Notes under the pieces: model-generated
Database searches by the model: none
Seen by the model: the letters and a program-made list of their open reading frames with translations, nothing else
Told to the model about the DNA's origin: nothing
Translations under genes and position numbers: made by a program
Shown here: positions 37,976 to 49,067 of the stretch, piece after piece
Numbering within the stretch: position 1 is the stretch's first letter
How the letters are laid out: every line of letters starts with the position of its first letter
DNA from: an uncultured Aliarcobacter sp.
Lineage (GTDB): Bacteria; Campylobacterota; Campylobacteria; Campylobacterales; Arcobacteraceae
Length of the DNA stretch: 64,000 nt
Assembly: GCA_963664305.2 (NCBI GenBank)
Contig: CAXXLV010000002.1
Span: forward strand, 192,001 to 256,000
Reading direction: 5' to 3'

Positions 37976-39551
37976 TTTTCTCACTAGATTCAGTTATTGG
38001 TATTTTTATTGTAAATAATGAGCAATTAAAAACTTTGTCATCTTTTATTTTATGTAAAATATTTTTACAAAAAATCTCGCCATTCATATGTTTTTCAATA
38101 ATTTGTTTTGACATATAAAGTCCGATACCTGTTCCTGCACTTTTATATTTTGTTGTGTAATATGGCTCAAAAACCTTTGGTAGAACCTCATTTGGGATTC
38201 CTCCACCATTATCAACAATATTTACTACAAGACTATTTTTAAACTTATTTACAATAATTTTGATAATTCTATCATTTTTGTCAACATTAGAAGATAAAGC
38301 GTCTTTTGAATTTGAGATAATATTTAAAAAAACATGTGATAATTCATTGTAATAGCTATTGATTTTTACGTCTTTTCTAACTTTTAATTGAACTTTTATT
38401 TCTTCTTGATTTAGAAAATATTTTGATAATTCTATTGAGTGTTCTATACAATTTTTAACACTAAATTCACTTTTTATTTTATTTGGTGAGAAAAAATTTC
38501 TAAAATCATCTAAAGTATTTGACATATTAGAAGCTAATAACAAAGCATCATTTACTTTTTCTTCAACAAATGAAGGAGTTAATTTTCCTAAAGACATTTT
38601 TGTTTGAAAACTTTGAATAATCATAGTAATGGAACCAAGAGGTTGACGCCATTGATGAGCTATGTTATTTAACATTTCTCCCAAAGAGGCAAATCTTGCT
38701 TGTTGGAACATTATGATATCTTTTTTTCTATTTTGAGCAACCTCTTTAGAAATCTTTATTTCAAGATAGTTATTTAACTCTTGTAACTCTTTTGTTTTTT
38801 CTTTTACTTTCTCTTCTAAAGAGTTATGAAGATTTTTAAAGTGGTTGATTATATAAAACGATAAGATTATAGAAAATAGGAAAACTATAAAAATAGAGAT
38901 AATTGAAAAAATCAGAATGATGTTAAATATTTTATCAGTATTTCTTTTTTCATTTATTGCTAAAGATAAATCATAGTTAATCAAACTTGTTAAATAAATA
39001 GAAAGAGCATTTACTTGTAAATCTAAATTTGAATAAAATTTATCATCTTTTTCAAGATTTATTTTAGATATATGTTCTTTGATGATTTGCATTTTTTTAT
39101 CTATATTTTTCAAAATAGAAGTTTTTAAAGTATTGTTTTCATAATAATTTTCTTCTTTTATTATGAATAATTTAATAAAAGTTGTAAGTAATTCTTTATT
39201 TTCAACCTTTATTTGATTTTGATATAAATCCCAATTTTTATTTATAATTTCTAATCCTAAATTTAATATCTCATTTGCTTGTTCATAAGAAATTTGTTTT
39301 TTTTCTATATCATTTAAAGTTTCTTGAATATTTACTTGATAGGTATCTTTTATATTTTCAAGCTCCATCAAACTTTTTGTTCTTTTATCAAATAAAATAT
39401 CAAAATCATTTTTTATAGTAAAAATAGAAATTTGAGAAAGAATAATAATACAAATCATCCCCCCAGCAATAATAAAAATAAGAAAAGCTGTTTTGTATTT
39501 GAAATTTAGATTATTAAAATAATTAAGAAGACTATTAAATTTATTTTTCAT
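37962..39551 (-). CDS. Membrane sensor histidine kinase with a four-helix-type periplasmic domain
   Basis: Two TMs; IAHQWRQPL, DNGGGI, FEPYYTTK, GTGIGLYM. Confidence 0.88.
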   Translation of the reverse strand: MKNKFNSLLNYFNNLNFKYKTAFLIFIIAGGMICIIILSQISIFTIKNDFDILFDKRTKSLMELENIKDTYQVNIQETLNDIEKKQISYEQANEILNLGLEIINKNWDLYQNQIKVENKELLTTFIKLFIIKEENYYENNTLKTSILKNIDKKMQIIKEHISKINLEKDDKFYSNLDLQVNALSIYLTSLINYDLSLAINEKRNTDKIFNIILIFSIISIFIVFLFSIILSFYIINHFKNLHNSLEEKVKEKTKELQELNNYLEIKISKEVAQNRKKDIIMFQQARFASLGEMLNNIAHQWRQPLGSITMIIQSFQTKMSLGKLTPSFVEEKVNDALLLASNMSNTLDDFRNFFSPNKIKSEFSVKNCIEHSIELSKYFLNQEEIKVQLKVRKDVKINSYYNELSHVFLNIISNSKDALSSNVDKNDRIIKIIVNKFKNSLVVNIVDNGGGIPNEVLPKVFEPYYTTKYKSAGTGIGLYMSKQIIEKHMNGEIFCKNILHKIKDDKVFNCSLFTIKIPITESSEKNDDK

Positions 39552-40695
39552 TTTTAATCTCTTCAAATTTATTATTTTTGTATTCAAAAAGGTAAATTTT
39601 ATTTAAAAGTTGAGTATTTTTAAACTCAAGGGGAATTCCATCTAAAAGGCTTTTAGGTGTTGTTTTAATCATGTAGATAAATTTTTCTCTTGTTATTTCA
39701 CCTTTTATTCTAGAGATTGCATTTATTAAAACTTTAGCACCTAAAAAAGTTTCTAAAGATAAAAATCCCAATTCTTCTTGTGGATAATATTTTTTCATCA
39801 AAGTTTGATATTCAACAACTGATGGAATTGAACTATCCATATAATTTGGAACTACTTGAGAAAAAATAAGATTGTTTGTATTTGTATTTAATCTTTTTAG
39901 TTCAGCTATCATTGAATTTGCATCTCCAAAAGAGATATTACAAAAAATCACATCTTTTAGATTTTCATTTTCTTTTGCTTTTTTTATAAATAAAGAGTTT
40001 GTTTTATAGGCTCCAACCATAAAAATCACTTCAGGTTTTGCATTTTTTATCTCATTTAAAGCATGAGTAATTGATAAAGTATTTCTTTTGTATGAACCTT
40101 CAGCTACTAAACTTAGATTTTTTCTTTTTAGTGCATCTAAAACAGAGATATAACCTTCTTCTCCATAGTCATCATTTTGATAAAAAACAGCAATTTTTTT
40201 TAGATTTTTTTTATAGATAATATAATTCATTAAAGCTTCAATTTCTTGGTCATAAGAAGCTCTAAAATTTATAAAATTTTCATTATGATTATCTCTTAAA
40301 AAAGAGGCTCCTGTAAAAGCAGAAAATAAAGGTACATTTTCATCATATAAAATTGGAAGAACTCTTTTAACAGTTGGTGTTCCTACTAAACCAAAAAGAG
40401 TAAAAACTTTATCTTTGAAAATTAATTTATTTACATTTTCAATAGTTAATTCTGGTTCATATTTATCATCATAAGTTAAAAATTCAATTTTTTTATTTTT
40501 GATTAAATTTTTTTCATTTGCAAAGTTGAAATAGCTATTTGCTCCACTAGTTACAGCATTTCCCCAAGATTTAATTATTCCTGAACTAGGAATTGAAGAC
40601 CCAATAATAATTGTTTTATTTTTAAATACTTCATCTTTTATACACAAATAAGAAATAATAAAGATGATGATAACTATGAGTAATTTTTTTGACAT
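39541..40695 (-). CDS. Periplasmic ligand-binding protein (LivJ/branched-chain type)
   Basis: DDKYEP, GLVGTP, NFRASYDQE, FYQNDDYG; no adjacent permease. Confidence 0.8.
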   Translation of the reverse strand: MSKKLLIVIIIFIISYLCIKDEVFKNKTIIIGSSIPSSGIIKSWGNAVTSGANSYFNFANEKNLIKNKKIEFLTYDDKYEPELTIENVNKLIFKDKVFTLFGLVGTPTVKRVLPILYDENVPLFSAFTGASFLRDNHNENFINFRASYDQEIEALMNYIIYKKNLKKIAVFYQNDDYGEEGYISVLDALKRKNLSLVAEGSYKRNTLSITHALNEIKNAKPEVIFMVGAYKTNSLFIKKAKENENLKDVIFCNISFGDANSMIAELKRLNTNTNNLIFSQVVPNYMDSSIPSVVEYQTLMKKYYPQEELGFLSLETFLGAKVLINAISRIKGEITREKFIYMIKTTPKSLLDGIPLEFKNTQLLNKIYLFEYKNNKFEEIKNEK

Positions 40696-40851
40696 AAAGA
40701 AGTTTACATAAATTTTGCTTTATTTTTTTAGTATATAAAAAGTAAACAAAAAATAGAAAAAGGTAAAAAATATTTTATTAATTAAGTTCAAATTAATTTT
40801 TAAATATATAAAATAAAGTAAAATATTTTTTACTAAAAAAGGGCATAGTTT

Positions 40852-42519
40852 ATGCAAGAATTTATCTATTATAATGCTTCGGGACTCGATTTCCCAGTAA
40901 GTGAAAAGATATTTGTAACAACAAATATTAATGAAGCTAAAAACAAAAACTTTTTAATCTCAAACTCAGATGACATAAATTGTGAATTAGTTGCACCAGA
41001 AATTGATTTTTATATTAAAAATTCACAAGATAACTTAAGTGATAAAATCAAAAATGTATCAGAACTTTATGAAATAGCTGCAACAAAATATGACTTTGCT
41101 TTAGATGTTTCGCATAACTTAGAAATCTCAAATGAATTACTTTTAATTACAAATACAGATGAACAATACAAAGATTTTATTTTAGCTGTTGAAACAAATG
41201 ATTTTGAACTTTTTAATATTCAAGAAAGTATATTAAAATCAATAAGTGGAACTATTGGAAATTTTCAAGTAGTTGTTGATAGTGATGGAAAAGATGTTAC
41301 GTTAAATGTTTCTCAAATTGTTTATTTTGATTATAAAGAGAAACAAAGAGCTGGAATTTATAATCCAAATCTTTCAAATATAGAAGAAGTTTTAAAAACT
41401 TTAAAAAACAATATCAACTCTTATTCATACAAAAAATTTACTACTTATGATGCAAATATTTGTCAATATGATGAAAGAAGAGTTGAAATCTGTTCAGCAT
41501 GTGCGGAAGTTTGTCCAAGTGTTGCTATTACTAAAGATGATAAAAAGAAAAAATTGATTTTTTCAAATGTTGATTGTGTTGCATGTGGAGAGTGTGTTTC
41601 TGTTTGTCCAAGCGGTTCACTTGATAGTGCAACAACAAATAGAGATTCTTTATTTGAATTAAGTCATTTTTATAAAGATAAACATCCTTTAATAATTCCT
41701 TCAAAAATGAATATTTCAACTTTAGAGATTTCATTAAAAGAAAATATCTTTCCTTTTAGTGTTGAAGGTGAAATTTTTGATGAAGCATCACTTTTAACTT
41801 TACTTCAAATATCAGGTTCTCAAATCATCTATTTTAGCGACAAAGTTTCTATTGGAACTAAAGAGTCAATAAATATTTTAAATGATGTTTATCAAAAAAG
41901 ATTTGGTATTGATGCAATCTTATTAGCAACTTCAAAAGAAGAGTTAGAAAAAGCTATGAGTAGTGTAACTTTTGTTGAAAATTCTTATTTTAATTTCAAT
42001 CAAAAAGGTCTTAAAAAAAGAGAAGTATTCTCTCAAAGATTACAAAAAATAGTTGCAAATGATAATTTAGGTGTTGTTAAAACTTCAAAATTTGTTCATT
42101 ATGGAACTGTAACAGTTAATGATGCAAATTGTACATTGTGTATGTCATGTGTTGGTGCATGTAATGTTGATGCAATTTTTGCAAATGAAGCTGATTATAC
42201 TTTAAGAGTAAATCCAAGTCTTTGTACTGCATGTGGTTATTGTGAAGTTAGTTGTCCTGAAAAGGATTGTTTAACTATTCAAAGAGATGAAATCCAACTT
42301 CAACCAATGTGGTTTAAAGAAAATATTTTGGCAAAAGATAGTCTATTTGCTTGTGTTGAATGTGGAAAAGAGTTTGCTACAAAAAAAGCAGTTGAAAAAA
42401 TAGCTTCAATTATGGCTCCAATTTTTGCAAAAGTTAGTGAGACAAAAAAACGAACTTTATACTGTTGTGAAGATTGTAAAGCAAAATTGATGATAAAACA
42501 AGGATTATTAGATGCGTAA
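40852..42519 (+). CDS. Polyferredoxin 4Fe-4S protein of the fdh cluster
   Basis: Multiple CxxCxxxCP and CxxCxxC motifs. Confidence 0.85.
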   Translation: MQEFIYYNASGLDFPVSEKIFVTTNINEAKNKNFLISNSDDINCELVAPEIDFYIKNSQDNLSDKIKNVSELYEIAATKYDFALDVSHNLEISNELLLITNTDEQYKDFILAVETNDFELFNIQESILKSISGTIGNFQVVVDSDGKDVTLNVSQIVYFDYKEKQRAGIYNPNLSNIEEVLKTLKNNINSYSYKKFTTYDANICQYDERRVEICSACAEVCPSVAITKDDKKKKLIFSNVDCVACGECVSVCPSGSLDSATTNRDSLFELSHFYKDKHPLIIPSKMNISTLEISLKENIFPFSVEGEIFDEASLLTLLQISGSQIIYFSDKVSIGTKESINILNDVYQKRFGIDAILLATSKEELEKAMSSVTFVENSYFNFNQKGLKKREVFSQRLQKIVANDNLGVVKTSKFVHYGTVTVNDANCTLCMSCVGACNVDAIFANEADYTLRVNPSLCTACGYCEVSCPEKDCLTIQRDEIQLQPMWFKENILAKDSLFACVECGKEFATKKAVEKIASIMAPIFAKVSETKKRTLYCCEDCKAKLMIKQGLLDA

Positions 42520-43123
42520 TGTTGAAATAGATAGAGCAAGAGGCTTTTTATACAATATCTTATCTTTGTTATTTGTAGAAGAGTATGTGAAAAATTCTTC
42601 TAATGATTTAAAAGATGCTTTAGAAATTCTTTCTACTAACTCTTTTGATGAAGATGTATCAATCGCTGCAAAAGAGATTTTAACTTATTTAAATGAAAAT
42701 GGTTTTGATAAGTTGTACGTAGATTATCAAGATTTGTTTATTGTTCCTTTTGGTGAATTTGTATCTTTAAGTGCTTCTTGGTATCACGAACAAAGAGAAG
42801 GTGGTTTGATGCAATTAAAAGTAAGGGATATCTTAGCTAAAACAAAAATTAGAAAAGATGAAAACTCTTTTAAAGCACCAGAAGATCATTATGGATTTAT
42901 TTTTACATTAAGTGCATATCTAATAGAGCAAGAATTAAAAGAAGAGATAAAAGAAGAGTTACAAAAAGAGCTTTTTAAAGAAGTTATAAATCCATATTGT
43001 GATGAACTATTTTATAAATTAATGGCAAGTTCTAGTAAAACTTATTCTCAAGTTGGGGTAATTTTAGGGAATATTTGTAATTTTGAAAGAGCATATTTAG
43101 ATATTCCAAAATTAAAGAAATAG
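42512..43123 (+). CDS. TorD/DmsD family molybdoenzyme chaperone
   Basis: YQDLF, SASWY, PEDHYG. Confidence 0.85.
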   Translation: MRNVEIDRARGFLYNILSLLFVEEYVKNSSNDLKDALEILSTNSFDEDVSIAAKEILTYLNENGFDKLYVDYQDLFIVPFGEFVSLSASWYHEQREGGLMQLKVRDILAKTKIRKDENSFKAPEDHYGFIFTLSAYLIEQELKEEIKEELQKELFKEVINPYCDELFYKLMASSSKTYSQVGVILGNICNFERAYLDIPKLKK

Positions 43124-43203
43124 GGCATGCTAAGAAAGCTGCTCTAAAAATTTAATTAGAGTTTTTAGAGGGGCTTTTACCCAAATTTATTAAAGGAGTT
43201 ATC

Positions 43204-43428
43204 ATGCAAGATAAGTTAAATGAAAGACGTAACTTTATCAAAAGAGCTGGAATAGCTGCTTCTGTATTAGCTGGATCTGTTGTTGCAACTGCTGCAACTA
43301 CTGAAAGCAAAGATAGAGGTGCTGGAAGCAATGTTGGTAACGGTGTTGTAGTAGGAACATCTACTAAAAAAGAGATTCTTTACAAAAAAACTGCGGCTTG
43401 GGATACGTTTTACGACGCTGCTAGATAA
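43204..43428 (+). CDS. Small Tat-signal formate dehydrogenase accessory protein
   Basis: ERRNFIK; NGVVVG-x-S-x-KKEILY-KT-xx-W. Confidence 0.75.
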   Translation: MQDKLNERRNFIKRAGIAASVLAGSVVATAATTESKDRGAGSNVGNGVVVGTSTKKEILYKKTAAWDTFYDAAR

Positions 43429-43452
43429 GTAAATTAGAAAAAGGAGGAGAAT

Positions 43453-46254
43453 ATGGAAGCTTTAAAAAGCTTTGGAAGAAGAAGTTTTCTTAAGATGGCT
43501 TCACTTGCAACAGCTGTAACAGCAACTTCTGCCTTTGCGAACACAGAAAAAGTATTAAGAGATGCGACTGATGAAGAGGTTAAAAACCCTTTCCCTGGTT
43601 CAAAATTAATTAAAACTATTTGTTCACATTGTTCAGTTGGTTGTGGTGTTATTGCTGAAGTTCAAAATGGTGTATGGGTTAGACAAGAAGTTGCTCAAGA
43701 CCATCCAATTAGTCACGGAGGACATTGTTGTAAAGGTGCTGATATGATTGATAAAATCAGAGCAACTAACAGATTACAATATCCAATTGAAAAAGTAGCT
43801 GGAAAATGGAATAGAGTTTCATGGGATGATGCTATGAGTAAAATCTCAGCAAAATTAATGGAACTAAGAGAAAAATTTGGTCCAGATGCAGTTCAATTTT
43901 TAGGTTCAGCAAAAGTAAGTAATGAGCAAGCTTATTATATTAGAAAATTTGCAGCATTATTTGGAACAAATAATATAGATCACCAAGCTAGAATTTGACA
44001 TAGTCCAACAGTTGCCGGTGTGGCAAATACATGGGGTTATGGAGCTATGACAAATCATTTAGGTGATATGCAAAACTCAAAAGCAATTATAATTATGGGT
44101 GCAAATCCTGCAGCGAACCATCCTATTGCTATGCAACATATTTTGAAAGCAAAACAACAAAATGGTGCAAAAATTATAGTTGTAGATCCAAGATTTACTA
44201 AAACTGCTGCTAAAGCAGACCTTTATTGTAGAATTAGAACAGGTACTGATATTGCGTTCCTTTACGGAATTATTAGACTTGCAAGAGAAAATGGTTGGTA
44301 TGATAAATCATTTATTGAGCAAAGAGTTTATGGAATGGAAGATATCTTTAAAGAGTGTGAAGAGTTTACTCCTGAGCATGTAGAAGATATTACTGGATGT
44401 CCTAAAGAGACTTTAATTCAAGCTGCAACTGCATTTGCAACAGCAGACCCAGGATGTTTAATTTGGAATCAAGGTTGGACACAACACACAGTTGGTTCAT
44501 CAAATACAAGACTTGGTTCAATTATGCAGTTAGTTCTTGGAAATTTAGGAAAACCAGGTGGTGGATGTAATATTCTAAGAGGTCATGATAATGTTCAAGG
44601 TTCAACTGATATGGGTTGTCTTGCTGATACATTACCAGGATATTATGGTTTAGCTGAAGGTTCATGGAAATATTTTGCAAAACAATGGAAAGTTGATTAT
44701 GAATGGTTAAAAGGAAGATTTAAAACTCCTGAAATGATGCAAGCAAAAGGTAATAGTTTATCTTTATGGATTCATAACGTTGTTGATGATGCCAATGCAA
44801 AGAATAATGCTGGTACTCCTTTAAAAGCTTTAATTTGTATTGGAAATGGTATTTCAACAATAACACAAACTCATAAAACAAAAGAGGCTTTAGATAAATT
44901 AGATTTAGTTGTATTTATTGACCCATATGTAAATGATGCTGCTGTTATTACAACAAGAAATGATAATATGTTCTTATTACCAGCTGCTTCACAAGTTGAA
45001 ACAGAAGGAACAGTTGTAAATACTTCAAGAATTGCACAGTGGAGAACTAAAGTTGTTGAGCCATTATATGAATCAAGAACTGACCACGATATTTTATTTG
45101 ACTTTGCAAAAAGAATGGGATTCTATAATGAATTTATTGCAGGTATGGGTAAAGGTGATAAATTTGTTTGGCCAGACGATGCAACAAATGAAATTGCAAG
45201 AGCATTAAAAACTATTGGAATGCAAGGAAGAACGGCTGAAAGAATTAAAAAACATACTACAAATTGGCATTTATTTAATTCAACTTCTTTAAAAGGAAGA
45301 GGAGTTACAGAAAAAGAGTATTATGGATTACCTTGGCCTTGTTGGACAGAATCACATCCAGGAAGCCCAGTACTTTATAATATCAATTTACCAGTTTCTC
45401 AAGGTGGTATGGGATTTAGAACAAGATTTGGAACAGAGAGAAATGGAGTTAGTTTATTAGCTGCTGAAGGGTCTGCACCAGTTGGTTCAAGAATCAAAGG
45501 TGGATATGATGAAATTACAGCTAAAAATATTGAAGAATTAGCAGGAATTACATTAACTGAAGATGAGAAAAAATTAGTTGAAGGTAAAAACTGGAAAAAT
45601 GATGATAGTGGACTTTTAGTTAAATATGCACTTCAAGCTGGACTTGCTCCTTATGGAAATGCAAGAGCTAGAACTATTGTTTGGGAATTTGTTGATCCAA
45701 CACCAAAACATAGAGAGCCATTACATACATTTAGACCAGATTTAATTGCTAAATATCCTGCAATTAAAGATAAACCTAACCACTTTAGAGTTGATGTTAG
45801 ATATGAAAGTGAACAAACAGCTCAAGATTGGACAAAAGATTATCCAATTAATATTGTTTCAGGAAGAGTTGTTGAACATATGGGAACAGGAACAGAAACA
45901 AGAGCATCTAAATATCTATCAGAACTTTCAGGTGAAATGTATGGTGAATTACATCCATCTTTAGCTGGAAAACTTGGAGTTAAAGAAAATGAAATGATGT
46001 GGGTTTATGGAACTGGTGGAGGAAAAATCAAAATTAAATGTAAATATAGTTTAAGAGTAGATGAAAACTCAGTATTCTTACCTCAAAACTTCTCAGGAGT
46101 TTGGAGTGGTGAAAGTTTAGTAGATAGATATCCAGCAGGTACTGCTCCTTATGGACTTGGTGAAAGTTCAAACCAAGTTACAAGTTATGGTTACGACCAA
46201 CAAACTTCTTGCCCAGAGACAAAATGTTCTCTTGTAAGAATTGAAAGAGCATAG
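43453..46254 (+). CDS. fdhA: Formate dehydrogenase alpha subunit, selenoprotein (Sec182, TGA at 43996-43998), 933 aa
   Basis: Tat GRRSFLK; CSHCSVGC...C; DHQARI-U-HSPTV continues in frame into 44020-46254; RGHDNVQG. Confidence 0.95.
44012..44026 (+). promoter_or_regulatory. SECIS hairpin of fdhA
   Basis: TTGCC-GGTGT-GGCAA stem-loop with G-initiated loop, starting 13 nt after the UGA. Confidence 0.75.
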
Positions 46255-46264
46255 GAGATACAAA

Positions 46265-46858
46265 ATGAGTAGTAATGTAGATTTTTCAAAAATGAAATTT
46301 TATTGTGATGAAAATCTTTGTATCGATTGTAATGGATGTGTTGTAGCTTGTAAAGAGGCTCACGAAGTTCCAGTTGGGGTTAATAGAAGAAAAGTAGTTA
46401 CAGTAAATGAAGGAATAGTAGGAAAAGAGATATCTATTTCTATGGCTTGTATGCATTGTAGCGATGCTCCTTGTCAACAAGTTTGTCCTACAGATTGTTT
46501 TTATATCAGAACAGATGGTATTGTTTTACATGATAAAGACAAATGTATTGGTTGTGGATATTGTTTATTTGCTTGTCCTTTTGGTGCTCCACAATTTCCA
46601 AAAAATGGTGCATTTGGAACAAAAGGAAAAATGGATAAATGTACAATGTGTGCAGGAGGTCCAGAAGAGACTAACTCACATGAAGAGTTCCATAAATATG
46701 GACAAAATAGAATCAGTGAAGGTAAAGTTCCAATGTGTGCATCTATGTGTTCTACAAAAGCTTTACTAGTTGGAGATGCTAATGAGGTTGCTTTAATTAA
46801 AACATATAGAGCTGCTTCAAAAGGTAAAGGTATCTCAACTGATTCATATGGATGGTAG
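46265..46858 (+). CDS. fdhB: Formate dehydrogenase iron-sulfur subunit
   Basis: CIDCNGCVVAC, CMHCSDAPCQQVCP, CIGCGYCLFACP, KCTMC; AGGAG RBS. Confidence 0.92.
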   Translation: MSSNVDFSKMKFYCDENLCIDCNGCVVACKEAHEVPVGVNRRKVVTVNEGIVGKEISISMACMHCSDAPCQQVCPTDCFYIRTDGIVLHDKDKCIGCGYCLFACPFGAPQFPKNGAFGTKGKMDKCTMCAGGPEETNSHEEFHKYGQNRISEGKVPMCASMCSTKALLVGDANEVALIKTYRAASKGKGISTDSYGW

Positions 46859-46866
46859 GATAAAAT

Positions 46867-47820
46867 ATGGAAAATAGCTCATTTTTCGAAAGAAATAAAG
46901 CGTATATTTTTACTCTTCTTGGGCTATCATTAGTAGGATTTGTATTCGTTAATTTTTTAATGATTATGGATTGGGAATATTTAATCAAATATTCAATTCA
47001 TGTAATAACAGGTGGTAATTTGGATGGAGTTTTAACTCCACCAGATTCTACTTATAAAGCAATGGTAAATGCAGCTTTTGGTCCAAACTATGAAGCTATT
47101 GCACCTGAAATAATAAGAGCTAGCAATGAAAGACAACTTTTCATTTGGTGGGTTTTTGTAGGTGAAATAGCAATATTTTGTGTAATGTACGCAATTAGTG
47201 GAAGAAAAACAGCTGTAATTACAAAGCCAAATGATGAAGTTGAAGTATTTTCATTATTTCATAGAGCAATAATTTGGTTAAATGTATTTATTATTATTAC
47301 TTTGATTATTACTGGATTTAATATAACTTGGAGTTTAAGAAGTGAAGGTGGATATATTCCATTTATTTTAAGAGGAACTCATGAAGTTACAGGATTAGTA
47401 TGGTTTCCAATTTGGCTACTAATGAGTATAATAGCGTTTAAAGATATAAAATTATTAACAAAAAATAGCTTAATTAATAAGCTTGTATTACCAGGAAAAT
47501 ATAAACCAATGAAAAGAATAATTTTTATTGTGTTTGTAGCAATGGGAGCAGGGTTATTAGTAAGTGGTGCAACAATTTGGTATTTACATCCAGATGCATA
47601 CACACATGCTCAATTTATTCAATTTAAAAGAGCATTACTTTATGTACATTTTGGTGCTAGTGTACTTATAATGTTTTTCTTAATGGATTTTGTTTATTCT
47701 GCTTTAGTTGCTGTAAAAGGTAACTTAAAAGGTTTAATTACAGGAAAATATCCAAAAGAACATTTAGAACAGTTAGCTCCTGATATTTTAGCAGATATAG
47801 AAAAAAGAAAAGGAAAATAG
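46867..47820 (+). CDS. fdhC: Formate dehydrogenase cytochrome b (gamma) subunit
   Basis: Multiple TMs with His ligands (FHR, THE, VHF); GLITGK C-terminus; position in operon. Confidence 0.75.
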   Translation: MENSSFFERNKAYIFTLLGLSLVGFVFVNFLMIMDWEYLIKYSIHVITGGNLDGVLTPPDSTYKAMVNAAFGPNYEAIAPEIIRASNERQLFIWWVFVGEIAIFCVMYAISGRKTAVITKPNDEVEVFSLFHRAIIWLNVFIIITLIITGFNITWSLRSEGGYIPFILRGTHEVTGLVWFPIWLLMSIIAFKDIKLLTKNSLINKLVLPGKYKPMKRIIFIVFVAMGAGLLVSGATIWYLHPDAYTHAQFIQFKRALLYVHFGASVLIMFFLMDFVYSALVAVKGNLKGLITGKYPKEHLEQLAPDILADIEKRKGK

Positions 47821-47821
47821 C

Positions 47822-48652
47822 ATGACAAGCGCTATGAGAAGTGAAAACTTCTCCCTTTTTCATGATAATTTAGATGATTATACAAAAGAGATAATCATAG
47901 AAAAATTTTATGAAGATGGGGTAGAAACAATTGAAGATTATGTTATCAAAGAGGATAAAATAGAGTTTTTTCTAAATGGAAAAAGATTTTTATCAGTAAT
48001 GAGTATAGCACAACATCAAGATGCTCATATTTTAGGTTTTTTACTTAGTGAAGCAGTTATAAAAAGTTTTGATGATGTGAAATCAATAGTTATAAGTGAA
48101 GATGGATTAAAAGTAGAAGTAATTGCAAATGTTAGTGATGAAGGATATGCAAATTTATTTAAAGAAAAAACTTTAACTTCGGGTTGTTGCATTGGAGTTA
48201 CAGGAAATGCTGAAAAAGTTTTTGATTGTTCATTTATAAATACGGATTATAAAGTTCATGCAAAAGATATATTGTCAAATATGAAACTATTTAACACATC
48301 ATCTAAATTATTTGATAATACTGGATGTGTTCATAAAGCTGAGCTTGTTTTAGCAGATGGTACAATATACGTTGCTGAAGATATTGGAAGACATAATGCT
48401 ATTGATAAAGTAATTGGACTTGCAAGCATGAATAAAAAAGATGTTAAAAAATCAGTTTTATATGCAACTGGTAGATTATCTATGGAGATGGTTGTAAAAT
48501 GTGTAATGCATAGAATTCCAATCGTTGTTTCAAAAGCAGCAGTTACCTTTCAAGGTATAAAATCAGCAAATGAACATGGAATTACTCTTGTAGGATTTGC
48601 AAGGGGAAATAAAATGAATGTATATACTCACTCAGGAAGAATAAATGTCTAG
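47822..48652 (+). CDS. fdhD: Formate dehydrogenase accessory sulfurtransferase FdhD
   Basis: TSGCCIG, TGCVH, EDIGRHNAIDKVIG, TGRLS, GFARG. Confidence 0.92.
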   Translation: MTSAMRSENFSLFHDNLDDYTKEIIIEKFYEDGVETIEDYVIKEDKIEFFLNGKRFLSVMSIAQHQDAHILGFLLSEAVIKSFDDVKSIVISEDGLKVEVIANVSDEGYANLFKEKTLTSGCCIGVTGNAEKVFDCSFINTDYKVHAKDILSNMKLFNTSSKLFDNTGCVHKAELVLADGTIYVAEDIGRHNAIDKVIGLASMNKKDVKKSVLYATGRLSMEMVVKCVMHRIPIVVSKAAVTFQGIKSANEHGITLVGFARGNKMNVYTHSGRINV

Positions 48653-49067
48653 TATTGATGATAACGTCGTTGTAGAACTTGATAATATACAAAAAGAGTT
48701 ACTACTAACAAATTTAGATGAAGAGGGAAAACTATCTTGCTTAAAAGCTTTTAAAGTTGCAAGATTAATTGGTAGAAAACCAATAGAAATGAGTGCTATT
48801 ACAAAAAGCATGGGAATAAAAATTACAAATTGTGAGCTTGGTGTTTTTGGAAAGTTAAAATTTAAAGACCCAAGTGCAGTAGTTTATAATAGACTAAGAC
48901 AAAATTACATGGGGCATGAAACTTTAGAATGTAAAGTTATATGGGATGAAGCAAAAAGAAGTAATCTAAAAACTGTTGGCTCAACAGTTAAAAATAGTAA
49001 TATTCAAGTAAGTCATTGTCAGCTTGGTTGTTTTAGAACTAGAAATGGAAAAAAAGAGCTTGTTTAA
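48645..49067 (+). CDS. Small protein with two internal C...CxLGxF repeats
   Basis: LSC...KITNCELGVF and LEC...VSHCQLGCF. Confidence 0.65.
   Translation: MSSIDDNVVVELDNIQKELLLTNLDEEGKLSCLKAFKVARLIGRKPIEMSAITKSMGIKITNCELGVFGKLKFKDPSAVVYNRLRQNYMGHETLECKVIWDEAKRSNLKTVGSTVKNSNIQVSHCQLGCFRTRNGKKELV

Noticed and set aside
43122..43185. TPP or Moco riboswitch upstream of fdh
   Set aside because: Lacks CTGAGA/CCTGAT and Moco core motifs; only a simple hairpin is supported.
43453..46254. fdhA as a pseudogene or as two genes
   Set aside because: The break is a single in-frame TGA at the Sec position, with a SECIS and sel machinery present.
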